Below, piece after piece: positions 1 through 8,005 of a DNA stretch of 37,777 nucleotides (position 1 is the first letter of the stretch; each line of letters starts with the position of its first letter). The notes under the pieces are model-generated. The model was not told where the DNA came from. It made no database searches and was given only the letters and a program-made list of their open reading frames with translations. Location: assembly GCA_034190675.1 (NCBI GenBank), contig JAXHSS010000002.1, forward strand, positions 1 through 37,777, read 5' to 3'. The stretch is from Pseudomonadota bacterium. Lineage in GTDB: Bacteria; Pseudomonadota; Gammaproteobacteria; Pseudomonadales; JAXHSS01. The translations under genes were made by a program, and so were the position numbers.

Positions 1-56
1 TGGGCTGGAACAAGGCCAAACGCCGCTAAGATCAGGCCAGCAAACAGCTTTTTCAT
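1..56 (-). CDS. 5' end (18 codons) of a secreted/periplasmic protein, cut by the window edge
   Basis: The reverse strand reads ATG AAA AAG CTG TTT GCT GGC CTG ATC TTA GCG GCG TTT GGC CTT GTT CCA GCC, giving MKKLFAGLILAAFGLVPA, a typical signal peptide. AAGGAA lies 4-5 nt upstream of the ATG (cat at 54-56). It is too short for the ORF track. Confidence 0.45.
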   Translation of the reverse strand, partial: MKKLFAGLILAAFGLVPA

Positions 57-148
57 AGATTCCTTTGTTAATTCGGTTCAGTAATGCGTCAGTATAACCA
101 GCTCAACTACGCAAATCAGCGCTCAATTGCATAAACTGTACATTCCGA

Positions 149-1255
149 TTAAAAGCGAAGCTGAACAAATAGCGGTTCATGGTCACTAACCGCCTCGGTC
201 GGATCACAATAACGTTTATCCGTTGCGCAGCTAACTCCTCTAACTAGGCCATAGCTTTGCACCAACTCACGAGCGGCGGCATTAGCAAAGGCATGATCAA
301 TCATCACCCCTCGGCGCTGATGAGTGTAAGAAAACTGCTCTTTTTCAGGCAAAAAATCCGTCAATAACTGCAATGGCGTGTCTTCAATCAATAGCTCAAT
401 GGGCTCAGACTCCAGCGTATCTCCGTCGGCATAACTGTTCCAATCACCTAGCACAATCAGTGGCTCCTGGGCGTTCATATCCTCAAGCGTATCTACAAGA
501 CTTTCGATCTGTGCAAGGCGCTTCATCTGAATTCGTCCGCCATCATGGTCATGCAAACCCCGCATGGAGCGCATATGGACATTGATCACATTGAAAATGC
601 GTTCATTGTCATGGTGACGTAGGCGTAACCATAACGGTGGGCGGTCATGAATAAAGCCACCTGTGGCACGCTTAGAGCGTCCATCAACTTGAAAGGTCGA
701 AACGAGTTCAAAAGGTGATGCCACTAAAAAGCCGTTATCTATGCCCTGCTGGTCATTACCTTCAATCAAAATGGCTCGGTAATCACTTCCCAGATAGCCA
801 TTTAACTGCTCGGCCAGCTCCTTCAAGATGCGTTTTGATTCCACTTCTTGAAAGGCAATGATATTCGGCTGACAAGGCAGGTTATCAATAAACTTAATGA
901 TATTGACCAATTTTGTGGCGTAGTCGCGTTTACTGTAGGTTTTCTCATAGCGAGCACCGTCATTGCGGTGATCGAATAATAAATACGCATTTAGGCTGAT
1001 GACGGTGATCAGCTCGTCAGAACAATCAGTTAGCATACGATAACTCGGCGGCTTAAGAGGTTGGCTGGATGTGTTTTGTGCTTGGTTTTGCTCGCTAGCA
1101 ACAGGAGGCAGGTAGGAATCGACAGAGCCTTCGCAGGCAGACAAAAGCAGCAAGGCAAACATAAAAGCTAGTGGACTTTTGGCTAAAGCGGCCAAACGCA
1201 AAAGCCCGAGACTCTTTAGTGAAACGGTCTTTAAAAACCTTTGAATGATTTGCAT
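149..1255 (-). CDS. Endonuclease/exonuclease/phosphatase (EEP) family lipoprotein, candidate extracellular or surface nuclease
   Basis: EEP motifs are present: [37 protein letters not shown], and a C-terminal [10 protein letters not shown]. The start is trimmed to the ATG at 1255 (MQIIQRF...), preceded by AAGGAA. This gives a signal peptide with lipobox LLLLSAC. Confidence 0.8.
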   Translation of the reverse strand: MQIIQRFLKTVSLKSLGLLRLAALAKSPLAFMFALLLLSACEGSVDSYLPPVASEQNQAQNTSSQPLKPPSYRMLTDCSDELITVISLNAYLLFDHRNDGARYEKTYSKRDYATKLVNIIKFIDNLPCQPNIIAFQEVESKRILKELAEQLNGYLGSDYRAILIEGNDQQGIDNGFLVASPFELVSTFQVDGRSKRATGGFIHDRPPLWLRLRHHDNERIFNVINVHMRSMRGLHDHDGGRIQMKRLAQIESLVDTLEDMNAQEPLIVLGDWNSYADGDTLESEPIELLIEDTPLQLLTDFLPEKEQFSYTHQRRGVMIDHAFANAAARELVQSYGLVRGVSCATDKRYCDPTEAVSDHEPLFVQLRF

Positions 1256-1417
1256 GGTATGTTCCTTTTGTTTTTTTATCATGTCGTTGAGCAAGACGCC
1301 GTTAGGTTAGGCGTTGCGCTCGTAACACCCTATTTGATCTTCACGCCTGCAAACATGGCATCCAATCAAAAGGCGATTTATAATAGCAGATTGTTTTTTA
1401 GATTGTCTAAATCTCCT

Positions 1418-2806
1418 ATGCCCAAGAAACTCTTTATCGAAACTCATGGTTGCCAAATGAATGAGTATGATTCTAGCCGTATGGCGGATCTACTCGAGCA
1501 TGCCGAAGACATGGAAACCACGACAAATGCAGAAGAAGCTGACATCATTTTGCTTAATACCTGCGCTATTCGCGAGAAAGCTCAGGAAAAAGTGTTTCAT
1601 CAATTGGGCCGCTGGAAAAGTCTGAAAGACAAGAATCCAGATCTGATCATTGGTGTCGGTGGTTGTGTGGCGAGCCAAGAAGGCGAAGCCATTCAAAAAC
1701 GCGCGCCGGTTGTGGATGTTATTTTTGGGCCGCAAACGCTTCATCGCCTGCCTGAAATGATCGCTGATCGCCGAGAACAACGTCATCAAGCTCGAGATGA
1801 AACACGTCAAGCACGTAAGAAATCACTAGGCATTCCGGTGATGGATATTAGCTTTCCTGAGATTGAAAAGTTTGACCAACTACCTGAGCCAAAAGTCGAT
1901 GGTTGTAAAGCCTTTGTCTCGATTATGGAAGGTTGTAGCAAGTACTGCACATTCTGCGTTGTACCCTACACCCGTGGCGAGGAAGTCAGCCGTCCTTTTG
2001 AAAGCGTCATCGAAGAAGTACAGCATTTAGCTGAGTTGGGCGTTCGAGAAGTGAACCTATTAGGTCAGAACGTTAATGCCTATCGCGGCCGAGATGCCAA
2101 TAATGCCGTCGTGAGCTTTGCTGAGCTGATTGTTGCTGTCGCTGAGGTTAAGGGTATCGACCGTATTCGTTATACCACATCGCATCCAACAGAGTTTACC
2201 GATGATATTATCGCTGTGTACGCTGAAGTTCCTGAGCTGGTGAGTCACCTGCATTTGCCTGTACAAAGTGGATCTGACCGCATTTTGAAGCTGATGAAGC
2301 GTAATCACAACGCCGATAGCTACCGTGAGCAAATTGCCAAGCTTCGAGAAGTTCGCCCGAACATTAGCATGTCTTCTGACTTTATTATCGGCTTCCCGGG
2401 TGAAACAGAGGAAGACTTCAACGAAACCATGCGCCTCATTGCCGATATTGATTTTGATCATTCATTTAGCTTTATCTATAGTGCCCGCCCAGGTACACCT
2501 GCGGCTGATTTAGAGGATCACACCCCGATGGAAGTGAAAAAGCGCCGTTTGAGCCTATTACAATCACGGATTTTGCAATCTGCGCAACGTATTAGTGAAA
2601 ACATGGTAGGCAATACCGAGCGCGTTTTGGTCGATGGCATTTCCAAGAAAAACCCAGCGCAACTGTGTGGTCGAACGGAAAACAACCGCGTAGTTAATTT
2701 TGATAGCTTTGATTACAGCTTGATTGGCCAGTTTGTCGATGTGCAAATCACTCAGGCCTATACCAATTCACTGCAGGGTCAGTTACTCGAAGGACAGCCT
2801 TCATAA
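1418..2806 (+). CDS. miaB: tRNA-2-methylthio-N6-dimethylallyladenosine synthase (radical SAM methylthiotransferase)
   Basis: [20 protein letters not shown]-terminus and the radical SAM motif [21 protein letters not shown], with a TRAM-like C-terminus. The ORF-track start at 1241 is an upstream extension; the ATG at 1418 matches MiaB N-termini. Confidence 0.95.
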   Translation: MPKKLFIETHGCQMNEYDSSRMADLLEHAEDMETTTNAEEADIILLNTCAIREKAQEKVFHQLGRWKSLKDKNPDLIIGVGGCVASQEGEAIQKRAPVVDVIFGPQTLHRLPEMIADRREQRHQARDETRQARKKSLGIPVMDISFPEIEKFDQLPEPKVDGCKAFVSIMEGCSKYCTFCVVPYTRGEEVSRPFESVIEEVQHLAELGVREVNLLGQNVNAYRGRDANNAVVSFAELIVAVAEVKGIDRIRYTTSHPTEFTDDIIAVYAEVPELVSHLHLPVQSGSDRILKLMKRNHNADSYREQIAKLREVRPNISMSSDFIIGFPGETEEDFNETMRLIADIDFDHSFSFIYSARPGTPAADLEDHTPMEVKKRRLSLLQSRILQSAQRISENMVGNTERVLVDGISKKNPAQLCGRTENNRVVNFDSFDYSLIGQFVDVQITQAYTNSLQGQLLEGQPS

Positions 2807-2873
2807 AGCCAGCCTTATGAGTGACAGCATCATAAGGTGATTAAGCTTAAAGGTTTTTCCCTCTCTAAAAGGC

Positions 2874-2903
2874 AAAAAAAGGTGCGCATGGTGCACCTTT
2901 TTT
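2874..2903. terminator. Bidirectional rho-independent terminator between convergent miaB and the thioesterase gene
   Basis: AAAAAAAGGTGC-gcatggt-GCACCTTTTTT: a GC stem flanked by an A-run and a T-run, so it reads as a hairpin plus U-tract on both strands. Confidence 0.7.
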
Positions 2904-2955
2904 AATGAATCATCGGCTGGCTATCAGCTAGCTACTCACTCATTATGCCGTCATT

Positions 2956-3480
2956 TTACTTAGCAGCTGACTCACGCTTGACCGTTGATAGCTCACGCCA
3001 AGCATCAATCACTTGCCCTTTTTTGCTGCTCTCATAATCAATACCAAAGGCTTGGCAGACCTCTTCAAAAGGAACGACCTTACCCTTTTTAACCACCGCT
3101 GCTTTAATCAAAATATGAGCATGCTGCTTACCGTTTCGGGTAAAAAACTGGTCGATATACATATATTTCTCATCCCAGCCGAATAAGCGCGTCTCTACCG
3201 AGAACTTTTGCATTAAACGAATTTCGCGAATGTAGGCCACTTCTGCGGCTGCGACGATAAAATTGTATTTATGCTTCATCACCAACTTTGTAAGGCCAGC
3301 ATGCATAAAAAATAACCAGCGTGCGCGCTCAGCAAAAACCAAGTAGTTAGCGTTATTGATGTGTAGGTTGAAATCAACCCATTGAGGCCATACGCGAAAG
3401 TGCTCAACTGTTTTGTCCAAAGGGCCTGATACAGCTGGCTTGTTCTTGTTCAACAAGACTTTAATAATTGTAAAAATCAT
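2956..3480 (-). CDS. Hotdog-fold acyl-CoA thioesterase family protein (4HBT_2-like)
   Basis: 174 aa. The motif FNLHINNANYLVFAERARWLFF resembles the HVNNxxYLxxxExAR signature of thioesterase-like hotdog proteins. It lies directly downstream of rnhB on the same strand. Confidence 0.65.
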   Translation of the reverse strand: MIFTIIKVLLNKNKPAVSGPLDKTVEHFRVWPQWVDFNLHINNANYLVFAERARWLFFMHAGLTKLVMKHKYNFIVAAAEVAYIREIRLMQKFSVETRLFGWDEKYMYIDQFFTRNGKQHAHILIKAAVVKKGKVVPFEEVCQAFGIDYESSKKGQVIDAWRELSTVKRESAAK

Positions 3481-3508
3481 AACCGTTCACTCAAAAAAAG
3501 AGTGCGTA

Positions 3509-4069
3509 TTATAAACGCTCCCGAACCGGCTTAAAAGAACGGCGGTGCTCAGCCAAAATCCCGTATTTTTTAATGGCTTCTAGGTGCGCTTTGGTGCCAT
3601 AGCCTTTGTGGTTGGCAAACTGATATTCAGGATGTTGATCATGTAGTTCATGCATCCATGCATCACGCGCCACTTTGGCTAAAATAGATGCCGCTGAGAT
3701 AGCCGGCTCTTTCAAATCGCCCTTAACAAGGGCTTCACTAGAATAGTCCCACTTTGGCAAGCGATTCCCATCCACCAGAACATGCTCTGGGGGCATCGTT
3801 AAACCGTCTACGGCCATAGTCATCGCTTTTAGCGTGGCTTGTAAGATATTGATCTCGTCAATTTGCTGAGCTGAAACAAAAGCGATATGCCAAGCCAGCG
3901 CTGAAGCTTTGATCTGCTGAGCTAAGACTTCCCGCTTTCGCTCAGAAAGCTTTTTTGAGTCAGTCAGAAAGGGCAGATCATAGTCCTTAGGCAAAATAAC
4001 CGCAGCGGCAACAACTGGACCAATTAGTGGGCCGCGCCCTGCCTCATCGACACCCGCAATGTTGATCAT
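3509..4069 (-). CDS. rnhB: Ribonuclease HII
   Basis: MINIAGVDEAGRGPLIGPVV N-terminus and conserved position after lpxB. ATGA start/stop overlap with lpxB. Confidence 0.95.
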   Translation of the reverse strand: MINIAGVDEAGRGPLIGPVVAAAVILPKDYDLPFLTDSKKLSERKREVLAQQIKASALAWHIAFVSAQQIDEINILQATLKAMTMAVDGLTMPPEHVLVDGNRLPKWDYSSEALVKGDLKEPAISAASILAKVARDAWMHELHDQHPEYQFANHKGYGTKAHLEAIKKYGILAEHRRSFKPVRERL

Positions 4070-5202
4070 GATCTCACCAAATTCGCCACAGCCTGAGCGG
4101 CAACTTTATCTCCGCCTAAATTCACTGATTGATGCAGCGTATAAAAAGCCTCAATAATGGCTTGACGTTGATCAACGTTTTGATAGCGCTCAAGCATTGC
4201 ATCCGCTAGTTGGCGTGGCGTAAACTCCTGAATATATTCAGGAACCCATTCTTTACCCGCCAGAATATTTGGCAGTGTTACAAAATCGGTTTTCACGAGG
4301 CGCTTGGCCACTTGATAGGTTAACCAATTAAATCGATAAGCGGCGACCATCGGCACCTTACAAAACAAGCCTTCCAATGTCACCGTTCCTGATGCCATCA
4401 AACAAACATCGGCGGCCGTCATGGCCACCGCAGCGGGTCGATCTGTGGTTTGCACCTGCGGATAGTCAGCCAAAAGCGCCTGAATATCTGGCGCTACTTT
4501 GCTATTTGCAACAGGTAAGATGAACATCGCCTGCGGTAAAGCCTGGCTGATTAAGGCAGTGGTTTTCAGAAAATCAGGTAATAGCTGTTTCACTTCAGAG
4601 CGCCGGCTACCGGGCATTATGGCAAAAACGGGCAGCTCTTCCTCCCCTTCTTGTTGAAGACCTAGCTGAGCCCTTGCCGCCGCTTTATCTGGCTGCATGG
4701 GGAATTTTTCAGCTAAAGGGTGGCCTACACAAACCGAGGGGATTTGATGCTCTTGATAAAACGAAGACTCAAAGGGAAATAGCGTTAGCATGAGATCTAC
4801 AGCTTGCTTAATCGCGTGAATCCGTCCTTTACGCCAAGCCCAAACCGAGGGACTAACATAATGCACCGTGCGAATGCCTCGCTCTTTCAACTTTCGCTCA
4901 AGACCTGTGTTAAACGCTGGTGCATCAATACCAATAAAGACATCAATATTGGATTTTACCGCCGTATCGATCAGCGATTGTCTCAGCGCAAAAAGTTTTG
5001 GAATACGAGGAATTGGCTCGATAAAGCCCATCACCGATAGCAGCTCCATATCAGCCAAAGGCTCTAGGCCAGCTGCTTGCATTTTCCCGCCACCAATACC
5101 GATAAAGCGCGTATCAGGAAGTAATTGGCTTAACTCTTGAATGAGGCCTTCACCCAAGTTATCACCCGATTGCTCGCCGGCAACGATCATGATCGTGGTC
5201 AT
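4066..5202 (-). CDS. lpxB: Lipid-A-disaccharide synthase
   Basis: IVAGEQSGD N-terminal motif, 378 aa, in the lpxA-lpxB-rnhB synteny. Confidence 0.95.
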   Translation of the reverse strand: MTTIMIVAGEQSGDNLGEGLIQELSQLLPDTRFIGIGGGKMQAAGLEPLADMELLSVMGFIEPIPRIPKLFALRQSLIDTAVKSNIDVFIGIDAPAFNTGLERKLKERGIRTVHYVSPSVWAWRKGRIHAIKQAVDLMLTLFPFESSFYQEHQIPSVCVGHPLAEKFPMQPDKAAARAQLGLQQEGEEELPVFAIMPGSRRSEVKQLLPDFLKTTALISQALPQAMFILPVANSKVAPDIQALLADYPQVQTTDRPAAVAMTAADVCLMASGTVTLEGLFCKVPMVAAYRFNWLTYQVAKRLVKTDFVTLPNILAGKEWVPEYIQEFTPRQLADAMLERYQNVDQRQAIIEAFYTLHQSVNLGGDKVAAQAVANLVRS

Positions 5203-5237
5203 GGTAAACGCCCTCTATGAATTCACAGCAAGCTGCG

Positions 5238-6008
5238 TTAGCGGATAATGCCTCGGTCTGATCGGCGAATCGAATCGGCAAAGTTTTTGACTTCAGCAAA
5301 TTGCTGTTCCAATGGCTCAAGCGCGATTAATGCTTTTTCCAAGGTGTCCGCTTCACGATAAACAATTTTGTAGGCCTGACGCAGTGCCGAGATCAGCTCT
5401 TTGCTATAGCCTCGACGTTTCATACCTTCAAAATTCATGCCCACAGGACTCGCTGGGTTGCCATGAGCTAAAACAAAGGATGGTACATCTTTGCTAATCG
5501 AGCTGTTCATGCCCACCATGGCATAATCGCCGATCTGACAGAACTGATGAGCTCCTGAGTGGCCTGCAATGATCACGCCATTACCCACTTTCACATGGCC
5601 GGCGAGCGTGGCCGAGGTGGCGAGAATGCAGTCATCGCCAATAACGCAGTCATGCGCGACATGCACGGTCGTCATCAATAAATTACGACTGCCAATCACG
5701 GTTTTGCTTTCATCTTGAATCGTGCCTCGATGCAGGGAAACCCCTTCACGGAAGGTATTGTCATCACCAATAATCAGCTGCGTTGGCTCGTCAGCGTATT
5801 TTTTGTCTTGGCATTTTTCGCCGATCGATCCAAATTGGAAAAACTCATTGCGTTTTCCAATGGTAGTTGGGCCTTTGATGACAACATGGGAATGAATTTT
5901 GCACCCTTCGCCAATGGTGACATCTTCACCGATATAGCTAAAGGGCCCCACTTCTATAGATTCATGCAGCTGTGCTGACTCATGGATAATGGCAGAAGGA
6001 TGGATCAC
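5238..6008 (-). CDS. lpxA: Acyl-ACP--UDP-N-acetylglucosamine O-acyltransferase
   Basis: 256 aa left-handed beta-helix hexapeptide-repeat protein starting MIHPSAIIH. Positioned between fabZ and lpxB. Confidence 0.95.
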   Translation of the reverse strand: MIHPSAIIHESAQLHESIEVGPFSYIGEDVTIGEGCKIHSHVVIKGPTTIGKRNEFFQFGSIGEKCQDKKYADEPTQLIIGDDNTFREGVSLHRGTIQDESKTVIGSRNLLMTTVHVAHDCVIGDDCILATSATLAGHVKVGNGVIIAGHSGAHQFCQIGDYAMVGMNSSISKDVPSFVLAHGNPASPVGMNFEGMKRRGYSKELISALRQAYKIVYREADTLEKALIALEPLEQQFAEVKNFADSIRRSDRGIIR

Positions 6009-6448
6009 AAAAATGGCTCCTGCTCAGATAAAATAATGCTGGCTTTCGCAGCGTTTTGACCGTTAGCTTTGGCCTCGCATTCGAACTTCCAAATGCCACG
6101 TTTATGCGCTGCGATATGCGCCATGGTTACTAATTGGTCACCCGGAATCACAGGCTTTTTAAAGCGTGCGCCGTCAATGCCCGCTAGGATATAAATAATG
6201 TCTTTCTTTTGCTCTTGTTTGGCCGTTTCTACACCAAGAATTCCGGCAACTTGAGCCATAGCCTCTAAAATCAAAACACCCGGCATGATTGGCTTTCGCG
6301 GAAAGTGGCCCTGAAAAAAAGGTTCGTTAAAGGTAATGTTTTTATAGCCAACGATTTCTTTACCCACCTCGAGTTGTTCAATTCGATCCACCAACATAAA
6401 CGGGTATCGATGAGGGAGGTACTCTAATACACCTTGTATATCAATCAT
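6005..6448 (-). CDS. fabZ: 3-hydroxyacyl-ACP dehydratase
   Basis: LPHRYPFMLVDR and GHFP motifs. The ORF-track start at 6457 is TTG; ATG at 6448 or GTG at 6451 are alternatives. AGGAA lies upstream. The exact start is uncertain by 1-3 codons. Confidence 0.93.
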   Translation of the reverse strand: MIDIQGVLEYLPHRYPFMLVDRIEQLEVGKEIVGYKNITFNEPFFQGHFPRKPIMPGVLILEAMAQVAGILGVETAKQEQKKDIIYILAGIDGARFKKPVIPGDQLVTMAHIAAHKRGIWKFECEAKANGQNAAKASIILSEQEPFL

Positions 6449-7466
6449 CACGTTCAAGTTCCTGCAATTGTTCCTCTAATGCCTGAAGGCGTTTATACAT
6501 ATCGCTCAACTGATTAAAGCGAGCCGCATTGCGTAGCCATTGACGATGCGGTTGGGCCACAGTAGCTGATGAGTATTGCCCGGGCTTGCGGATGGAGCTA
6601 TTGACCATCGTGCCACCACTTAAGTAAACGTCATCAGCAAGCTCAATATGGCCGGCCAAACCCGAGGAGCCACCAATAATGCAGCGCTTACCAATTTGCG
6701 TGCTACCCGCAATACCGACTTGCGCCGCCATAGCCGTTCCTTCACCCACAACAACATTATGCGCGATTTGAATCTGATTATCTAAAATCACACCCTGCTC
6801 AATGATCGTGTCTTCGATCGCACCACGATCAATCGTGCAATTAGCGCCTATATGGCAGTCGTTTTGAATGATGACACGCCCTACTTGCTCAATTTTCACC
6901 CAGCCGAGCTTTGACGGCGCATAGCCAAAACCATCCGCACCAATCACAGTGCCTGAGTGAATTTGCGTTCGCTCACCAATATGGCAATCATGATAAAGAG
7001 TGACATTCGCAAATAAATGAACAGTATTCGCTAAGCGGCTATGGGCACCTACTACACAACCTGCATCTATTTGCACCTGCTCACCGATGCTAACACCTTC
7101 TTCAATAACAACATGAGCACCAATATGTGCAGAAGCCGCAACAGAAGCTGTTGGGTCAATATGGGCTGTTGGGTGAATCGAGGCAGATCGTTTGGGCGCT
7201 GTAGCAAATAGCGCAGAGGCTTTAGCGTAAGCTAGGTATGGATCGTCTACAATTAAGGCATTGGTAGGGCATTGCTGCGCTTGTTTTGCTTTGCAAATCA
7301 CCGCACCTGCCTGAGTATCTTTGAGTAAGGCAGTAAATTTACTTTTTGAGATAAAGGTCAGCGTATCTTTATCGGCTCGTTCAATAGATGCAAGGTGATG
7401 AACAACTGCGTTGCCATCGCCTTGTAGTTGAGCGCCAATAGCAGCTGCAATTTCTGCCAGGGTCAC
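6441..7466 (-). CDS. lpxD: UDP-3-O-acylglucosamine N-acyltransferase
   Basis: 341 aa hexapeptide-repeat protein in the skp-lpxD-fabZ position. GTG start at 7466 preceded by AAGGAA. Confidence 0.95.
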   Translation of the reverse strand: MTLAEIAAAIGAQLQGDGNAVVHHLASIERADKDTLTFISKSKFTALLKDTQAGAVICKAKQAQQCPTNALIVDDPYLAYAKASALFATAPKRSASIHPTAHIDPTASVAASAHIGAHVVIEEGVSIGEQVQIDAGCVVGAHSRLANTVHLFANVTLYHDCHIGERTQIHSGTVIGADGFGYAPSKLGWVKIEQVGRVIIQNDCHIGANCTIDRGAIEDTIIEQGVILDNQIQIAHNVVVGEGTAMAAQVGIAGSTQIGKRCIIGGSSGLAGHIELADDVYLSGGTMVNSSIRKPGQYSSATVAQPHRQWLRNAARFNQLSDMYKRLQALEEQLQELERDD

Positions 7467-7488
7467 AAAGATTCCTTACATAAAAAAC

Positions 7489-7986
7489 TTATTTAAGTCG
7501 TTTGGTCACTTCTTCAGTAATATCCAAACTTGGATTTACATATTGTACGGCTTGACGCGCAATAATCAAATCCAGTTTTCTCTGTGCAACAATCGTGTTA
7601 ATGATTTCTTCAATCTTTGGCATCATCGTTTGCATGTATTTTTGAGTTTCTTGCTGTGAAGCAACCTGCTGCTTATACACAATTTCTTGTAGCTCAAGCT
7701 CTTTAGTTTTGTACTGATGCTCAAACTCAAGCTTTTCTTTATTGTTCATGTTTGCGCCGGTTGATTTAAACTTCTGTTGAAGACCTTTAAGCTCATTTTG
7801 CAAACGCTTAACTTTGGCTTCTTCTGATTTAAATTTGTTGGCCAAGCGCGCCTCGGCTGCTTGCCATGATGATGATTGGCGCACCGCCATTTCAATATCA
7901 ACGACAGCCACCTTGAGTTCGGCGTGGCTCATTGCCGCAAAGCTAAAAAATGCACAGACTAAGAATAGCTTTTGCATAATGTTCAT
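7489..7986 (-). CDS. skp: Periplasmic chaperone Skp (OmpH)
   Basis: Signal peptide ending AMSHA, followed by a K/E/Q-rich coiled-coil body. Located between bamA and lpxD. AAGGAG SD. Confidence 0.85.
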   Translation of the reverse strand: MNIMQKLFLVCAFFSFAAMSHAELKVAVVDIEMAVRQSSSWQAAEARLANKFKSEEAKVKRLQNELKGLQQKFKSTGANMNNKEKLEFEHQYKTKELELQEIVYKQQVASQQETQKYMQTMMPKIEEIINTIVAQRKLDLIIARQAVQYVNPSLDITEEVTKRLK

Positions 7987-8005
7987 AGAATAGTCTCCTT
8001 TTTAT

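Noticed and set aside
1241-1417. N-terminal extensions in the ORF track. Affected ORFs: miaB 1241, rpsB 18848, glnD 19723, lipoprotein 25065, PEBP 26565, AI-2E 28790, trpF 34568, znuC 34658, YidB 36831, EEP 1294, pyrH 15833, frr 15082.
   Set aside because: The track takes the longest ORF, including TTG/GTG starts. Internal ATG/GTG codons with an SD, homolog-like N-termini or signal peptides fit better.
5238-7466. Periodic sequence signal in lpxA and lpxD (and in dapD, 23350-23700).
   Set aside because: This is explained by hexapeptide (left-handed beta-helix) protein repeats. It is not a DNA-level repeat or array.
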